In this document: piece by piece, positions 53,332 through 64,000 of the stretch
Layout: the number at the start of each line of letters is the position of its first letter
Position numbering within the stretch: position 1 is the first letter of the stretch
Assembly: GCA_964019335.1 (NCBI GenBank)
Contig: OZ025758.1
Location: forward strand, 1-64,000
Reading direction: 5' to 3'
DNA length: 64,000 nucleotides
Source: Diplonema japonicum
Lineage: Eukaryota; Protista; Euglenozoa: Diplonemea
Position numbers and translations under genes: made by a program
The notes under the pieces: generated by a model
Databases searched by the model: none
What the model was told of the DNA's origin: nothing
Seen by the model: only the letters and a program-made list of their open reading frames with translations

Positions 53332-55644
53332 TTATTCTTCTTTTTCGGGCCAATCTTTAAACTCCAACGGCACTTCGCAGAAACCATCACTATGAACCTT
53401 CCCCTTTGGACCTGTCACAAGCTTCCCAGAAAAGTACTGCTTGTAAACATGCAAGGCTTGTTCCCCTGTTTGAACGGCGTAGAATATGTTGGACAACCAC
53501 TCCGAGCCCTTTATCACCCCTTCAGCGAGGTTTCTCGTGAATCTCTGGGTAAGCTTATCGCGAAAGTAAGAAGGCGACCCAAAAAGGAGGATGGGGGTGG
53601 GCGGGGAAGCTCCTACTTTCCGACGCACCTCCTCAAGAGAATGTTCGAAGTCCGTCCCGATACCTCCGGTGAGAATGATGGGAAAATCAAGTTGAAAATC
53701 TGATTGCCGCTCGACAAGCTTTTCCAATTTGTATGTCATCCACACATCCACATATGGGTTCCGCTTCTGCTCGTTGACAACCCCGCCACCTTTGGGGGTA
53801 AAATCGCATATGTTGCCGCAAGAAAGAATTCCACAGTTTTTTGCAACACGGTTGCCGACTTCCATTGCACCGGGCCCTCCGCCTGTGATGAGAGCGAGGG
53901 GTTTTTCACGGTTCATTAAAGGATGGTCGATGGTGGTTTTAAGGTCGAGAAGGCCTTTGAACAAAACCTCGAGCTCGCCTTCCAACGAGCCCTGTTTGAG
54001 ATTGCTCCCGTAGATTCCAAAAGCGGTTGCATCGAGATACTCCTGCGTTCGATTGTTGGGGAACACCGGGACGAAACCACCATGGTCCCGACCATGTTTG
54101 TGAATATACTCGAAAATCTTGTTTTGAACAAGATCAACATTCAAAACCTCTACACCGAAAAGTGATAAATCATAGAGAAGAGACCTGTCCTCGTGGGATA
54201 AGAACGGACCTGAAGTTTGCGAGCACGTCACGAAGTAAATTCGTTTCAAGCAAACCGACACAGTATCGCTGAGAAGCAAGTTCTTCAAAACAGGCGATGG
54301 TAGATATCTACACAACAACACACCATGGCTGTTAATATCACCCACAGAGATCGCCTTTAAGATCCCGTAGCTGCACTGCTGGCGGATATAAGACAACACA
54401 TTCGAACGCTGCCTCTCCGGCTGCATAATCCCAGGATAGCATCCTTTAGTGGGACTGGTTGTTATCCAATCGACCGACCTAAGATGGACTAGTTGGTCAG
54501 ATGACACGACATAGCAGCAAGACTGGTCCTTTGTGTCTGGCATGGACTCGAATGCTTTGAATATTTGTTTTGGTTGGGTGTCTAAAGCGGTTTTTAACCC
54601 GTCAGTGAAGTACAGATGTTCCCTCCATGGTTCTGGGGAGTAAAGTTCGAAGGGGATCGCATCCAAGAACTCCGCGGAATCTCCGTAGAACGTGAAGGTG
54701 TGGCCGTCGATTTTACAGTTCACCAGAGAATGCGACGAGATCCCCCCGATAGGATCCACTTCGGGTTCCAAAACCGTTGCAGACGTACAGCTTATACCCT
54801 TCGGAAGCAGGTCTGTCGCAACTCGAGCATAACAATTTCTAAAAAACATTTTTTGCGTCCGTACCATAAGGACCCTTCCTGGAGACGCGATTCTTGACTT
54901 ATCAATGTTGTGGACCTGATGGAGCATAACAAGCTGCCTGCATGACACACCCCTCGTGATCGCTTTTCCGATAGTTGGGACAATGTTGATTACGTCAGAC
55001 CCGTATTCAACCACACCTGGTTGTGTTTTAAAGTAGAAGATTACACGGCCGTCGAGCTGTTTACTTGAGTAGTCGAGGTAGCTCATAATGGGTTTTCCCA
55101 TTTTGTCTATCCGGCCGTCGATTCTCTCCAGGTACTCTGGGTCGTTGATCCTTCGAAAGGGATCTCTGCAGAATAGCTTTCCGATTTTTGATCCGGTTTT
55201 TATCTCGTCGAGGAGGAGAATGCCGATGCTTGAAATAGTTGTGAGCTGCACTACAAGCGAGACGGTTTTCTCTCTTGGTTTGTATCTGAAGCACGAGCCT
55301 TGTCCGTCGATACCCATTTGCGCGCATGTTGCCTTGATGCTGAAGAATACGTCACCGTTCCCGTTCCAGCCTGCCCATCGTTCGCTTATGTTTTCGATTA
55401 CCACGCCGCATTCCATTTTTGATCGGTCTGTGCTTCGGTTTATTGAGATGACCTCACCGTCTGGTGTGACAAGGTCACCTATGGTGTCGATGCACCTCTC
55501 CTCCTTTTCCTTCCTGGCGTGTGTGTAGGAAATGCTGCGCTCCGAGGGTACAGAGACAAGGTCTGGGTGGCACAGGTACGGGTGGTACCTCCCTGGTGTC
55601 TCGAACCCTTTCATCCCTTCGTGTTGCTTCTTTCGCTGCGACAT
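53332..55644 (-). CDS. 770-aa protein with C-terminal LOG/lysine-decarboxylase-like (nucleotide phosphoribohydrolase) domain; resembles a chlamydial family
   Basis: FGIYGS, ALITGGGPGAMEVGNR, LVERQ, GGIGTDFE, PILLFG; intronless. Confidence 0.8.
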   Translation of the reverse strand: MSQRKKQHEGMKGFETPGRYHPYLCHPDLVSVPSERSISYTHARKEKEERCIDTIGDLVTPDGEVISINRSTDRSKMECGVVIENISERWAGWNGNGDVFFSIKATCAQMGIDGQGSCFRYKPREKTVSLVVQLTTISSIGILLLDEIKTGSKIGKLFCRDPFRRINDPEYLERIDGRIDKMGKPIMSYLDYSSKQLDGRVIFYFKTQPGVVEYGSDVINIVPTIGKAITRGVSCRQLVMLHQVHNIDKSRIASPGRVLMVRTQKMFFRNCYARVATDLLPKGISCTSATVLEPEVDPIGGISSHSLVNCKIDGHTFTFYGDSAEFLDAIPFELYSPEPWREHLYFTDGLKTALDTQPKQIFKAFESMPDTKDQSCCYVVSSDQLVHLRSVDWITTSPTKGCYPGIMQPERQRSNVLSYIRQQCSYGILKAISVGDINSHGVLLCRYLPSPVLKNLLLSDTVSVCLKRIYFVTCSQTSGPFLSHEDRSLLYDLSLFGVEVLNVDLVQNKIFEYIHKHGRDHGGFVPVFPNNRTQEYLDATAFGIYGSNLKQGSLEGELEVLFKGLLDLKTTIDHPLMNREKPLALITGGGPGAMEVGNRVAKNCGILSCGNICDFTPKGGGVVNEQKRNPYVDVWMTYKLEKLVERQSDFQLDFPIILTGGIGTDFEHSLEEVRRKVGASPPTPILLFGSPSYFRDKLTQRFTRNLAEGVIKGSEWLSNIFYAVQTGEQALHVYKQYFSGKLVTGPKGKVHSDGFCEVPLEFKDWPEKEE

Positions 55645-56446
55645 TTTTTTTTTTTTTTTTTTTTTTTTTAATACTGCGGGAGCATTTTTTTTTTAACCCA
55701 CGAAGGGGAGGAGAAAAAAAAAAAAAAAAGAGAGAAAATAAAAAAAAGAAGAAGACGAAGAGTGGGGGGGGGGGGGGGGGGGAGGGGTATTGCGGGAATT
55801 TTTTTTTTTTTCCTGGAGAAAAAAAAAACATCAAAAAAAAGTGGATTTTCTTTTTTTCTTTTTTTTTAAAAAACATGGGATGGATGAGATGGGATGGGAT
55901 GGGGGATGAAAGATCAAAAACGAAATAAAAAAATAAAAACGAATAAAGAACCCTTCCCTACACAGGGTTTTTTTTTTTCTGGCACGACTCAAATCTAATA
56001 TTTTCCTCCCTTTCTTCCGCTTTTTTTTTTCCTGATAAAAATTCAACACGCACGTAACAAATAAAAAAAAAAGGGGGAGGAAAAAAAAAAAAGGCCACAG
56101 AAGTTTAGCAACATCAATCCGACGATGGAGGGAAAAAAATACCCACTGGCGAAACAAGCACCAAGCAAATAAATATTTTCCCGTAAAAAAAAAATTAAAA
56201 AAAAAAGCCTCCCCTTCCTCCTCTCTCGTCCCTTCTTTTCTGTTCTGAAAGAAATTCAAAAAATATTTTTTTGGCGCGCTTTTCGGTTATTTTCCTTTCT
56301 TTCACCACCCCTCCCTGTCCCTTTTTTTTTTGACACAACAAAAAAAAAAGAATAAAAGAAAAAAATAACTATGATGGGGGGGGGTGTTAGTAAATGGCGT
56401 GGAAAAAAAAAAAAAACCAAAAACAAACCTCTCCCTCCACAAATGA

Positions 56447-56477
<31 letters not shown>

Positions 56478-56485
56478 CTCCCCCC

Positions 56486-57444
56486 TCAAATTTTATTCTT
56501 ATTAACGAACTGCAAATAATTCGACGGCACAAGTCCTTGTTTTTCCGGGCTGCTTGCATGGGATGCGGTCCACCACTCACCAGATTGTTCGTGGATGATC
56601 AGGTGGTCGGACTTTACGAAAAAAAAAATTTAGACAAAAAAAAAAAAAAAAAAAATACCTGCTGAAACGATAATTCGTCAGCACCCCGTGCCTCGTAGTC
56701 ATACAGTGTCGTGCACAGTACCTCCCCTGTCACACAAGATGAGATAGCTTCTTTGTGGTCTGCAAGAAGGTCCTCATCACGAGGCGTAGAGTGCTCTTGA
56801 GAACCCGCCTTTTCAACAGCCGTTGAAAGGTGCTGCGTTGCACGGTGTACAATGTGGTGTTCAGCGCCACTCTGAGGGGTCAGCGCCTTGTTTAATTTGG
56901 AGAGAAGTTTTGTGACCGCAGCATAGATGGTGACAGAGATGGTGAGGGTGAGAAGCTGACGGCGGGTGGCCTTTGAAAACCACCCTGAGGATTTTTTCGC
57001 AACAGCTGGGGCGGCTACTGTGGCTGCCTTTGCCATTAATGATTCCCCCATGGGGTTTGGCCCGCTGGCTCCAGGGACTTGGTTCACTTGTTGTACTTGT
57101 GAATAGGTACACCATGCGGACATTGCTAGAATTGCGAATTGGATGGAGACTTCTACAAGTGATACAAAGGCTTGTGTTACTTCTTGAGCGCCAGATAGGA
57201 CTATTTGAGCTCTTGTCATTTGTTGGCCTTGGGGGTTTTGTCCTTGTTGGCCTTGTTGCTGTCCTTGGCCGACGATGCCGTTTTGGTTGTTCAGGTTGTT
57301 TAGATTTCCCTGCATTCCGCCGTTTTGCATTCCGTATCGCTGCATGCCGTAGCCTCCTCCCATCCCCATCCCGTAGCCCCCGCCGCCCATCCCGTAGCCC
57401 CCGCTCATCCCACCGTAGCCCATACCCATTCCTCCGCCATACAT
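56486..57444 (-). CDS. PEX13: Peroxin 13-like: YG/GM-rich N-terminus, hydrophobic segments, C-terminal SH3; intron 56612-56658
   Basis: MYGGGMGMGYGG...; TLYDYEARGADELSFQQ|SDHLIIHEQSGEWWTA...GLVPSNYL completes an SH3 after splicing. Confidence 0.75.
56612..56658 (-). other. 47-nt GT-AG intron
   Basis: CAG|GTATTT...TTCGTAAAG|TCC; restores SH3 domain. Confidence 0.9.
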
Positions 57445-57990
57445 GATTTTTTTGTTTTTTTTTGTTTTTTTTGTTTCCCCGTCTTTTTTTTTGGGGGGGG
57501 TTGTTCTTGAAAAAAAACAGGATGGACGTTGGGGGGGTTTTTTTTTTTTTGAAATAAAAAAAAAAATTGGGGGGGAAAAAAAAAGGGGTATGGGGACGTA
57601 AGAACAGGAAAAAGAAAGAGAATGGGGGGGGAGAGAGAAAAAAAAAAAGCTATTTCTTTAGGCAGAAAGAAAGAAAAAAAAAAAGAAGAAAAGTTTTTTT
57701 TTTTTAATTATTTACCCCACCCCTTTTATTATTTTTTTTTTTCAGCACTGAAAAAAATACAAAAAAAGTTTGTGAGGTTCTTTAAATCAAATTGTGTTAA
57801 GGGTGTTGCTACAGCAGGGGAGGGGGGAAAGAAGAACTGGGCGTCGTTCTGACGCCACTCGTTCTTTTCTTTGTTTAGACTAGTCAAAGACTCGGCTTTC
57901 TTGCAAAAGAAAAAAAAAAGAAAAAAAAAATGCTATGTAGGGACTGGGAAGAATGGAAGGAAGATTGCATCCACCAGAACCAACCAGCGG

Positions 57991-58029
<39 letters not shown>

Positions 58030-58965
58030 TACCTTATTCGGGGCCCTTTTCCGAAAGTTTTTTTTTTTTTTTAACTTCCCTTTTATGGGCCGCAAATTGT
58101 ATAAAAAAGTAAAAAGTATAAAATTAAAAAGTTTCTTTTTTTTTTCATTCCCACAAATCTTCTCTGGCCATCAGCTGGTAACCCTTTTTTTTTTTTTTTT
58201 TTACTTTGAAAATTCTAGATAAAGGGAAACGAAAACAGTAAAGAAAAAGAAATTAAAAAAAAATAAGGAAATCGATGTGTGTTGGAGCTCTTAACCTCCC
58301 GACACCCTTATTCAGGAAGAAAATAAGAACCGTCAAGTTGAGAAGAAGAAAAAAGATTTTCAATAAAAGAAAACCGAAGAAACCTTATGTGAAAAATGGC
58401 CTACCACCATCAAGGGCTTATTTAGACACAAATTTCTGTTGGTTTCTTTAGGTCTTCTTTTTTCCTGTAAACCTTTTTAAATCCCCCCTCACTTTTCTGG
58501 GCCTTTTTCCCCCCCCTTTGCAGAAGCATGAATAAGGGTGTAAAGAAGGACGTAAACAAAATAGAGAAAGAAAGAAAAAACAGAGGAAAAAATATGGGAA
58601 AAGAAAACATTTTTAAAAAAGGGGTAATCAAAAATGTCCGTTCTCAATTTTTTTTTCTTCTATTTTTTTTAATTTCACTACCAGTACTTTCAAGCCTCTT
58701 TTACGATTTCCTTTTTTTTTTAAACCTATATATCTCTCATTCATTTCCGTCCCTTTCTCTTCATTTTGTTTTTTTTTTTTAAATAATATTTTTACAAACG
58801 CGTCACACGGTCCAGAGAAGAAACCAAAAAAAAAAAATAGATTTTTTTTGTGTGGAAAAAGGGGGGAATGGGGGGGGTAAAAAAAAGGTTATTTAACGCC
58901 GCGAGGGACGAAAACGTATTTTTTAAAAAAAAAAATACATTTTCAAAAAGCGATCCCAAGCGGCC

Positions 58966-59017
58966 TTAACCTCAGCAACCGGCTTGGTCAGCAGACGCAC
59001 CGCTGGCCTTGGTCTGT

Positions 59018-59049
<32 letters not shown>

Positions 59050-60789
59050 CCCCAATCTACATACCAAGTTCATTGTTGTCATCAGCTCTGCAACGGTGGG
59101 GTGAATACCCACAGTATCGTCGAAATGGTGTTTCTTGGCACCCGCCTTCATGGCCACTGCCACACCTTGCAGGATCTCCCCTGCATTGGGGGTCAGGATG
59201 TGAAACCCAATCACCCTCTCCCCATCCTTCTTCAACGTGATCATCTTCAAGTAACACGCGTTCGTCGGCTTCTGCGCGACGGTCCACTCCAACGGCTTGA
59301 AGTTCGTGTGGTAGACCTCAATGGCCGATTCACCGAATTCCTTAACCGCATCTTCTTCAGCATAACCGCAAACACCGTATTCCAAGGGTGTGAACACAGT
59401 GGTAGGGACTGTGTTTTGGTTCATCAAACCTGCTTGCCCGTCGTAAAGTCTTGCGGTTAACAAACGCCCAGCTTGGATGGCGACGGGAGTTAGTTCAAGT
59501 CCACCTTCAATTACATCGCCGATTGCGTAAATGTGAGAAGCCGATGTACGGTCAGCGGTGTTGGTGATAATTTTACCAGAGGGTGCTGTTTTGACACCAG
59601 CGGCCTCGAGGTTAATCGACGCGTCGGGGACACGACCGACGGCGAACAAAACCGTGTCTGAAATAAATTTTTCCCCGTTTGACAGGGTGGTCGTGATGGT
59701 CCCGTCGTCGTTCTTCTCAAGGCTCGTCGGCGTCGCGCCCTTGATAAACTTCGTCCCTTCTTCAGCCATGAAATCGCATATTTTTTCAGCGATTTGTTGG
59801 TCGAAACCGCGAAGTGGGATAGATCTCATCAACACGGTCGCGTCGTATCCCATTCCTGTCAAAAACCCTGCGCATTCCAATGCGATGTAAGACGCACCAA
59901 CAACAAGCGTTTTGCCCGGCGATTTTTCAAGTGAAAACACATCGTCCGACGTGATACCGAACTCCTTCGCACCCGGGATGTCGGGATACTTTGGGCGGCC
60001 GCCCATTGCTAGCAGAATGCGTCGACCGGTGATGGTCTCCTTGACGCCCTTTTTGTTGGTGCACTCCACGGTGTGGGGGTCGATGAATGCTCCCAATGAG
60101 TTCTTGTACTTAACATTGCCTGTACGCAGCTCGGCCACGGACCCGAAGTTTAAGGATTTGATGTGCATTTGAATGTTTTCCCTCGCACGCTCCCAGTTCA
60201 TTGGTTCTGTTTTAGCGTTTGCCTCGTCAGCTCCGTAGTAGTGAGAGTGTTGAATCGCGTCGCGGTGGATTGCCGCGGTGTGGAAAAGTTTTTTCGGGAT
60301 GCACCCTACGTTTACGCATGTTCCACCGAAACCCCATTTCGTGCCGATCGGGGTGGGTTTTACAAAATCCAAACAACACACTTTGGGATCCTCGCCTTCC
60401 TTCGTGAGGTATTTCGCCGCCGCCTTCGAGGCTGCCATCCCTCCCGAACCCCCGCCAATGACAATCAGATCAAAATCGTATTTTTTATCGCTAGTGTCGT
60501 CATCAACAAGCTGCACAGCGGACGATGACGCCTTCGCGGTTTTGAGGAAGGAGAGGGTGTCGTCACACCCGCCCAGGAATTTCCCGTCTTTGAGAACGAA
60601 CGGGGATGAGGTGTGCTTCACACCAAACTTGGTCTGTTCAGATTGGACCCATTCGCGGAATGCGTCTCTAGGCATGGTGTTTACCTCCACTGTGAGGCCC
60701 GATGCGTCAGCGTCGGCCTTTGCGGCCTGCACGGCCTTTGTGAAAAACCCGCACCCTTCCCATCCGGTAATGTTTAGTTTCGTCGCCAT
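58966..60789 (-). CDS. Selenoprotein thioredoxin-glutathione reductase (glutaredoxin-like domain + high-Mr TrxR, C-terminal G-C-U-G); intron 59014-59064
   Basis: CGFF...PFV...FLGGCDD (Grx); IGGGSGG, GGTCVNVGCIPKK, IHPT; 3' end GGT TGC TGA GGT TAA. Confidence 0.92.
59014..59064 (-). other. 51-nt in-frame GT-AG intron
   Basis: TTG|GTATGTAG...poly-A...CACAG|ACC; removes a spurious poly-Lys stretch giving MNL|TKASG. Confidence 0.88.
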
Positions 60790-61876
60790 CCTCCTTTGGT
60801 CCCACGCTGCTGCCCTCCCTCTGCCGGTTTGATAGATTCTGCGGAAAATCTTTTTCTCCCCCCCTTTTTTGCTCCCCTTTATTTATTTTTTTTTTTTTTT
60901 TTTTTGGAATAATCAGAATTAAAAATGTTGTCGTTAACTCCAAAGTAGAGAGCGGAGGAGGGGGAGTGGGGGATGTCATGACGAATATTCGACATAAATA
61001 TTTGGTTTTTTTTGTTACAGGAGGGGGGGGGGGGGGGGGCATAGGAAAAAAAAAACGGGGAACGTTTTCAGGATTCCCCCGGTTTCACTTTATTTAGGGG
61101 ACGAAGAAAGAAGAAAAAAAAAAAGAAAGAAAGAAAAAAATGCCTGGAAACGCGTTCTTAGCCAACATAGCCCTGGGGGGGGGGGGGGGGGGGAGTTTTG
61201 TTTGATGACAGAAGAAAAGAAAATAAGACTTTTTCCAAACAAGTTTTTTGATGCACCCAAAAAATAATTCTTTATGTCTATACGCCTTTGTTGTCGCACG
61301 AGCAAAAAAGATGTCTTTGAGGGGAGCCTGCAGCCTGCAGTATGTGGCAGGATCGCCTAAGAAAGGTTTTTGAAAAACTGCGAAAGGCACAAGTTGCATG
61401 TAGTTATAAATCATTTTTTGAAAGATAAATATTTGTAACAAAAAAAAAAAAAAAAAACGCCCCGCGGATGTTACATCTGCAGATTTTTGGGGGAGGAGGG
61501 GTTTAAAAAACTTTTTTTTCTAGACAGATTTCCCCCCGCACAACTCATGAAGGAAGTGACACAGGGGGTTAGGTAACTTCAGTAAAAAGAAAGGGGGAAA
61601 AAAAAATCACAATATCGTGAATAGTTGCGAAAAAAAAAAATCACAAAGTGGCCTACAGGAGACGGAGTAAAAAAGAAAATTCACTATGATAGGAACGAAG
61701 TGGTTAGCAACGGCCCGCCAAAAAAAAAAAAAAACAAACATTTAAGGGTACCTGCGGTACATGGCAGGACTCCTTTAAAAAAAAGGGGGGGGGCACGCTC
61801 TTTTTTTTTTTCCTTCTTCTTTTTTTCCCGAGAGTTCTTTTGTAAAAAAGATGCAAAAAAAAAAAAAATAGCTATT

Positions 61877-61954
61877 TATTAAATGAAAATCAGATAGCCT
61901 GATTTCACGCGTGGGGACCCCACAAGTGAAATCATGCTCTGATTTTATTCAATA
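61877..61954. repeat. ~78-bp imperfect palindrome/hairpin
   Basis: aaaatcaga...tgatttcac-gc-gtgggg-a-ccccac-aa-gtgaaatca...tctgatttt. Confidence 0.85.
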
Positions 61955-61960
61955 CTGCAT

Positions 61961-62490
61961 TTTATTTAATGATGAGCTGCTCTCGAAAAGAATTTAGGTG
62001 CTAAGTGCGGCTTCGCTGCTGCCTGCTTGTAGCGGCGCAATGCGCGAGTCTTTCCTGAACACGGTACTGGGTTTGGTATGATCAATTCGGCGAATTAATG
62101 TTGACGTTTATGTCAAACGTGATTCTGTGCACTGAAGAAGAAGTGGGCTGTGTCGAAGGGGGCAGGGCAGGGCTGAAGGGGCGTGGGTTTGATCAAGTGG
62201 TAGGTGCAAAACCTCTCCCACTCCTTCTTGTAGGCTATTTTGCTTGCCGTTGGAAGCGTGTCTTCCATCACAGCTTTGGCCTTGGCTCGCTTCCCGGTCG
62301 CCTTCGGTTTTCTTCCCATTTTGCTAGAAATGACTTTGTGGGAGTGAAATAAAGTACCTGATTTTTTCACGCCCAGCAAAATCACGCAACGTTTTGGCTT
62401 AAAAACATGAGGGAAAAAAAAATCAGATACTTTATTTCACGCCCTTTGCCGGCCTAAATTCTTTGAGAGAGCTGCTCAGAATTAAATAAA
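61961..62490 (-). mobile_element. 530-bp element bounded by 38-bp inverted repeats with a degenerate ORF resembling a tyrosine-recombinase N-terminal segment
   Basis: 61961-61998 vs reverse complement of 62453-62490 match 33/38; internal IR 62344-62368/62413-62440; ORF contains TLPTASKIAYKKEWERFCTY followed by stops. Confidence 0.55.
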
Positions 62491-62517
62491 TAAAAAAAAA
62501 AAAAAAAATCAAGAAAT

Positions 62518-62967
62518 TCAACAGACCTGCCTCGCCAAGGACACCTGCACGGCCGTTGCACCAAGTATGTTGGAGATATTCACCAAAGTGCTATGGCATG
62601 CATTGTTGGGCTCCGAGTTGCATAGTTTTTGAGAATTATCGATATATACTTGGCTGCTCAAGAGAGTGGTTTGTGCTTGCGATAATGTGGAGGTGCAGAG
62701 TAGTGCATGGTGTACGCACAGCACAGTAGTGCGATTTAATGCCCCTGATGCTTCTCGTACGCTAGTGTCCAGCCTCAGCACAGCAGGGAAGCACAAAGAT
62801 CCGTTCCTCTGGCACAAGTCTATCGCCTTTAAATCATCAGCCACCGCCTCCCCTAAGTGCTGTGAGCACGTTCGCAGACCTGACGTGCACGTCACTTCAG
62901 CCCCACCCATGCCCGTTGCAGAACTTGTGGTTACCACTACCAACAATATTAGGTAGTGCCGTGGCAT
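62518..62967 (-). CDS. Hypothetical secreted Cys-containing protein, possibly 3'-incomplete
   Basis: ATG after A-tract; MPRHYLILLVVVTTSSA signal-like; ends at a possible donor CAG|GTCTGT next to the IR element. Confidence 0.55.
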   Translation of the reverse strand: MPRHYLILLVVVTTSSATGMGGAEVTCTSGLRTCSQHLGEAVADDLKAIDLCQRNGSLCFPAVLRLDTSVREASGALNRTTVLCVHHALLCTSTLSQAQTTLLSSQVYIDNSQKLCNSEPNNACHSTLVNISNILGATAVQVSLARQVC

Positions 62968-63132
62968 TTTTTTTTTTTTTTTTTTTTTGCTTTTTTTTTT
63001 TTTTTCGGGAGAAGAATAAGAACAAAAAAATATTGAAACTGCAGGGAAAGAAAAAAAAAAAGCGGTTTTCCTTGATGGGGGGGGGGGGGGGTCAAGCAAG
63101 GGAAGGGACAGGGGGGGAGAGTGGGTCAGCCA

Positions 63133-63189
<57 letters not shown>

Positions 63190-63609
63190 GGTATCAAATA
63201 CAATTTTTTTTTGTCATGTTTCCTTTTTTTTTTTTCCAAACAACCCCGCAACTAACTACAACACTATCTCTCTCTCATCTCTGTTTAAGATTGAAAGAAA
63301 TACAAATAAAATTAAAAAAAAAGGATAATAATAATAATAATAAAACGGTATCAAGTACAATAATCATGAAAGATAACAATACTAAGATAAAATAAAATAA
63401 AAAAAGCAAGTGGGGTAGGAAGAGGGTCGCAGCCCAAGGCAGTGGTTAGGAAATGTGACATGCTGAAAGGTGTAAATATAGTATTTTAGTGTGGGATTTT
63501 TCCTCTCCGAAAAAAAAAAAAAAAAAAAAAAAAAAAACCCTGTGTATTGTGTGTGTGCGCGCCTTCCAAAGAATGATCCCCCCCAACCCGTTCATTACGA
63601 CACCGATAT

Positions 63610-63658
<49 letters not shown>

Positions 63659-64000
63659 TCGGGCACAAGTTAAACATAAGGTAGTATAAAGAAGAAAAAA
63701 AGAAAAGAAAAGAAAACAGGGACAGGGAGAACATAGATACCTTTTTTTTTTTTTTTTTTTTTTTTTTTGTGGATGGGTTTATAGCACAATTTCTTTTTGT
63801 TTATTTTCACCTCCTGGATAGCAAAAGATAGCAAAATCAAGTAGGAGATTGTGGATAATAAGGGGGGGGGGGGGGGGGGAGTTGAGAGGTGTGCCTTTTT
63901 TTTTATCGAGGTCCGAAATGCAGGCACAACTAACATCAACAAAAGCCACTGGTGGAGGGGGGGGGGGGGGGGGGGGTTTGAAGAAACAACAAAAAAAGAG

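Noticed and set aside
62344-62440. Spliced-leader-like GTACTTTATT / ATACTTTATT
   Set aside because: Only about 10 nt resemble the euglenozoan SL 3' end, with no upstream SL sequence or donor; part of an inverted repeat.

Overview
Eukaryotic (protist) nuclear DNA. Every credible gene lies on the minus strand, separated by homopolymer-rich spacers (poly-A/T/G/C), and several genes carry tiny 32-71 nt GT-AG introns. This co-oriented, polycistronic-looking layout, together with a YG-rich PEX13, suggests a euglenozoan (diplonemid-like) host; that assignment is inference. The window opens with ~88 copies of a telomere-like octamer (GGGTTTGC) that runs directly into a stop-less secreted SGNH-hydrolase gene. 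Positions 0.7-18.4 kb hold a cluster of secreted-protein genes (SGNH hydrolase, CAP/VWD protein, two copies of a Cys-rich repeat protein, a 2497-aa double-GH18 chitinase/CBM1 protein) with a segmental duplication. Then follow housekeeping genes (DUF2423-like, PH-domain protein, kinesin-13, CAMKK-like kinase), a repeat-flanked, twice-frameshifted GTPase/SecA-like helicase/vWA giant, an unusual ACP-less PKS (3xACBP-2xFAAL-KS-AT), a LOG-domain protein resembling a chlamydial family, PEX13, a glutaredoxin-fused selenoprotein thioredoxin reductase (GC-UGA-G), and a small inverted-repeat-bounded relic with a possible tyrosine-recombinase fragment. The best candidate for an undescribed system is the ACBP-FAAL-PKS.
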